A program made the position numbers and the translations under genes. A stretch of 63,571 bases of DNA, filler included, from Trichosphaerium sp. ATCC 40318 (Eukaryota; Protista; Tubulinea): assembly GCA_038496445.1 (NCBI GenBank). It is 3 parts of 3 records of this genome, joined end to end, with 100 filler letters (N's around TTAATTAATTAA, not from the genome) between each part and the next. Parts side by side here need not be neighbours in the genome. Positions count along the whole stretch, not along the records: positions 46,853 to 63,571 come from JALMLS010000236.1; 2 more parts are not named here. One strand, 5' to 3'. Positions within the stretch are counted from its first letter, which is position 1. Every line of letters starts with the position of its first letter. Under the pieces are notes generated by a model. That model saw nothing but the letters and a program-made list of their open reading frames with translations. It did no database searches and was not told the DNA's origin. Below are positions 62,267 to 63,571 of this stretch, one piece after another.

Positions 62267-63571
62267 CTACTTGAGTTCATTTTCAAGCTTGGCGATCTTT
62301 GCTAATAGCAAAGCATTACTTTGTTTAAGGTAATCATTCCTTTCTGCTAATTTGACAATGTAGTCTTTCTGATTAGCATTGATATCTCTTTGGCTGGCGT
62401 TGTTCTTTGCTAAGTCAGTATTTGCTTGTTTTAATTTCTCAGCTTCCAATGGCAAGTCGACTGACGCTTGTTCAAAATGGAGTTCAGCGTCTGCGTGTTG
62501 GCCCTTTGGTGAACTTATATTCTTAGCTGGCTCTTGTTCTACTTTGTTTTTCTGTGCCTCGTCAAGTGGCGAAGTAGATGCCCATAGTTTTCTAGTACAA
62601 TAAAGTTAACAGAACACAAGAAATTTGTGATGATTGTACCGTTTACTAATAAACTTCTCATCTTCAGTGTCAGAAAGCTCATCATCTGAATCATCAATAT
62701 CTTTTCCGCTTGGCTTGTTGGTATGCTTGGCATGTTTATCTTCCTTCTTAGACGATTTTGTTTGGTTTGTTTTGGGCTGTTTGGGTTTCTGTACAACTTT
62801 GATGATGTAACGAGCAACAGCTTGAACATCTAATATCGTCAGAATAAAACATAGTATAAGTGTTTGGATAAAGGAATACCTTGGGCAACAACAAGCTCAT
62901 CATACACTGCATTGGCAAGTTTACGTTCTTTGAGAGGTCTACCCAATCGATCAACCAAAGTGTAGTGACTTTGGTAGCCTGGTTTAATTGGTTGTCCTCT
63001 TAACTTGTCGTTTGGTTTTACCTTTGAAGAACATTATTAAATGAACAACATACTCAAATCACTTGCGTACAGGATATACGTTGCCAGGAGTGACAAGACT
63101 CAAAATCAGAGTTTTTTCAATGGTGCCTGATAGATCGTATGAACAAGCGTATTGTATACTTGTCTGTGGGGTAAAAAAGTGAAAAGGGGTGTTACGGGTG
63201 ATTTAATGGTTTTAAACATACTGTAAAGTAGATGCCTTGACCATAGTAACCAGCATCCAATGCACTCACAGTTCCGAATCCAGATTGTACAATACTGTAA
63301 GCTGCTTTTTGAGTTGTTCCATGAACCATCAATATCACTGGTACCTAAACAGCTTTTGTTAGTGATTCAATACTCTAAAGAAAAAAAAAACCAGAAGAAT
63401 GTTACATCTTGTGAGGTGTTGGCATCATCATAACTTGCGTCATGTTTAACAAGGCTATCATACTTTTTGTAAACGGCGTCATTGTATTCCTTGTTGATAT
63501 TATCTTCTCTCCAATCTTGTTTTTTAAACAGTCTTGGTAATCCTCTAAGTACAGGTTAGCAAAATTACATA
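62267..63571 (-). CDS. PARP-like ADP-ribosyltransferase, 3' part, with acidic linker and coiled-coil tail
   Basis: MVHGTT..IVQSGF..GYYGQGIYFT|TSIQYA..VYDELVVAQ|DVQAVARYII gives an H-Y-E triad. Confidence 0.82.

Noticed and set aside
1-63571. Integrated giant-virus genome, rRNA or tRNA genes
   Set aside because: No capsid, polymerase or packaging ATPase hallmark genes, and virus-like genes are interspersed with ordinary spliced host genes; no structural RNA recognised by eye

Overview
AT-rich, intron-dense eukaryotic genomic DNA, most consistent with a free-living protist/amoeba (inference from short GT-AG introns, often with GTAYGT donors, and from gene content). It is a scaffold with two artificial N-gaps, each carrying a TTAATTAATTAA linker. 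About 25 genes or gene relics were reconstructed by eye. Housekeeping-type genes: Rab32/38-like, Rac/Rho, S53 tripeptidyl peptidase, PPR, XRN2-like tail, USP, GT23 fucosyltransferase, C2 protein and a PARP-like ART. These are interleaved with fast-evolving repeat families: three RCC1+SAM-like paralogs, four F-box-like+MORN copies, three LRR copies and BTB genes. Highlights the ORF track misses or fragments: (1) a spliced G-alpha subunit fused in frame to BTB domains, with the catalytic Gln replaced by His; (2) a TTAA-flanked piggyBac-like element with an internal PHD+SAP module, inside a BTB-gene intron; (3) RCC1 paralogs with focused codon-level variability; (4) a 3-exon metallothionein preceded by three CCCTG-N5-CAGGG palindromic units; (5) a 329-bp hAT-like MITE; (6) strong over-representation of the palindrome CACGTG. 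Gene models are manual, and family calls come from remembered motifs, not database searches.
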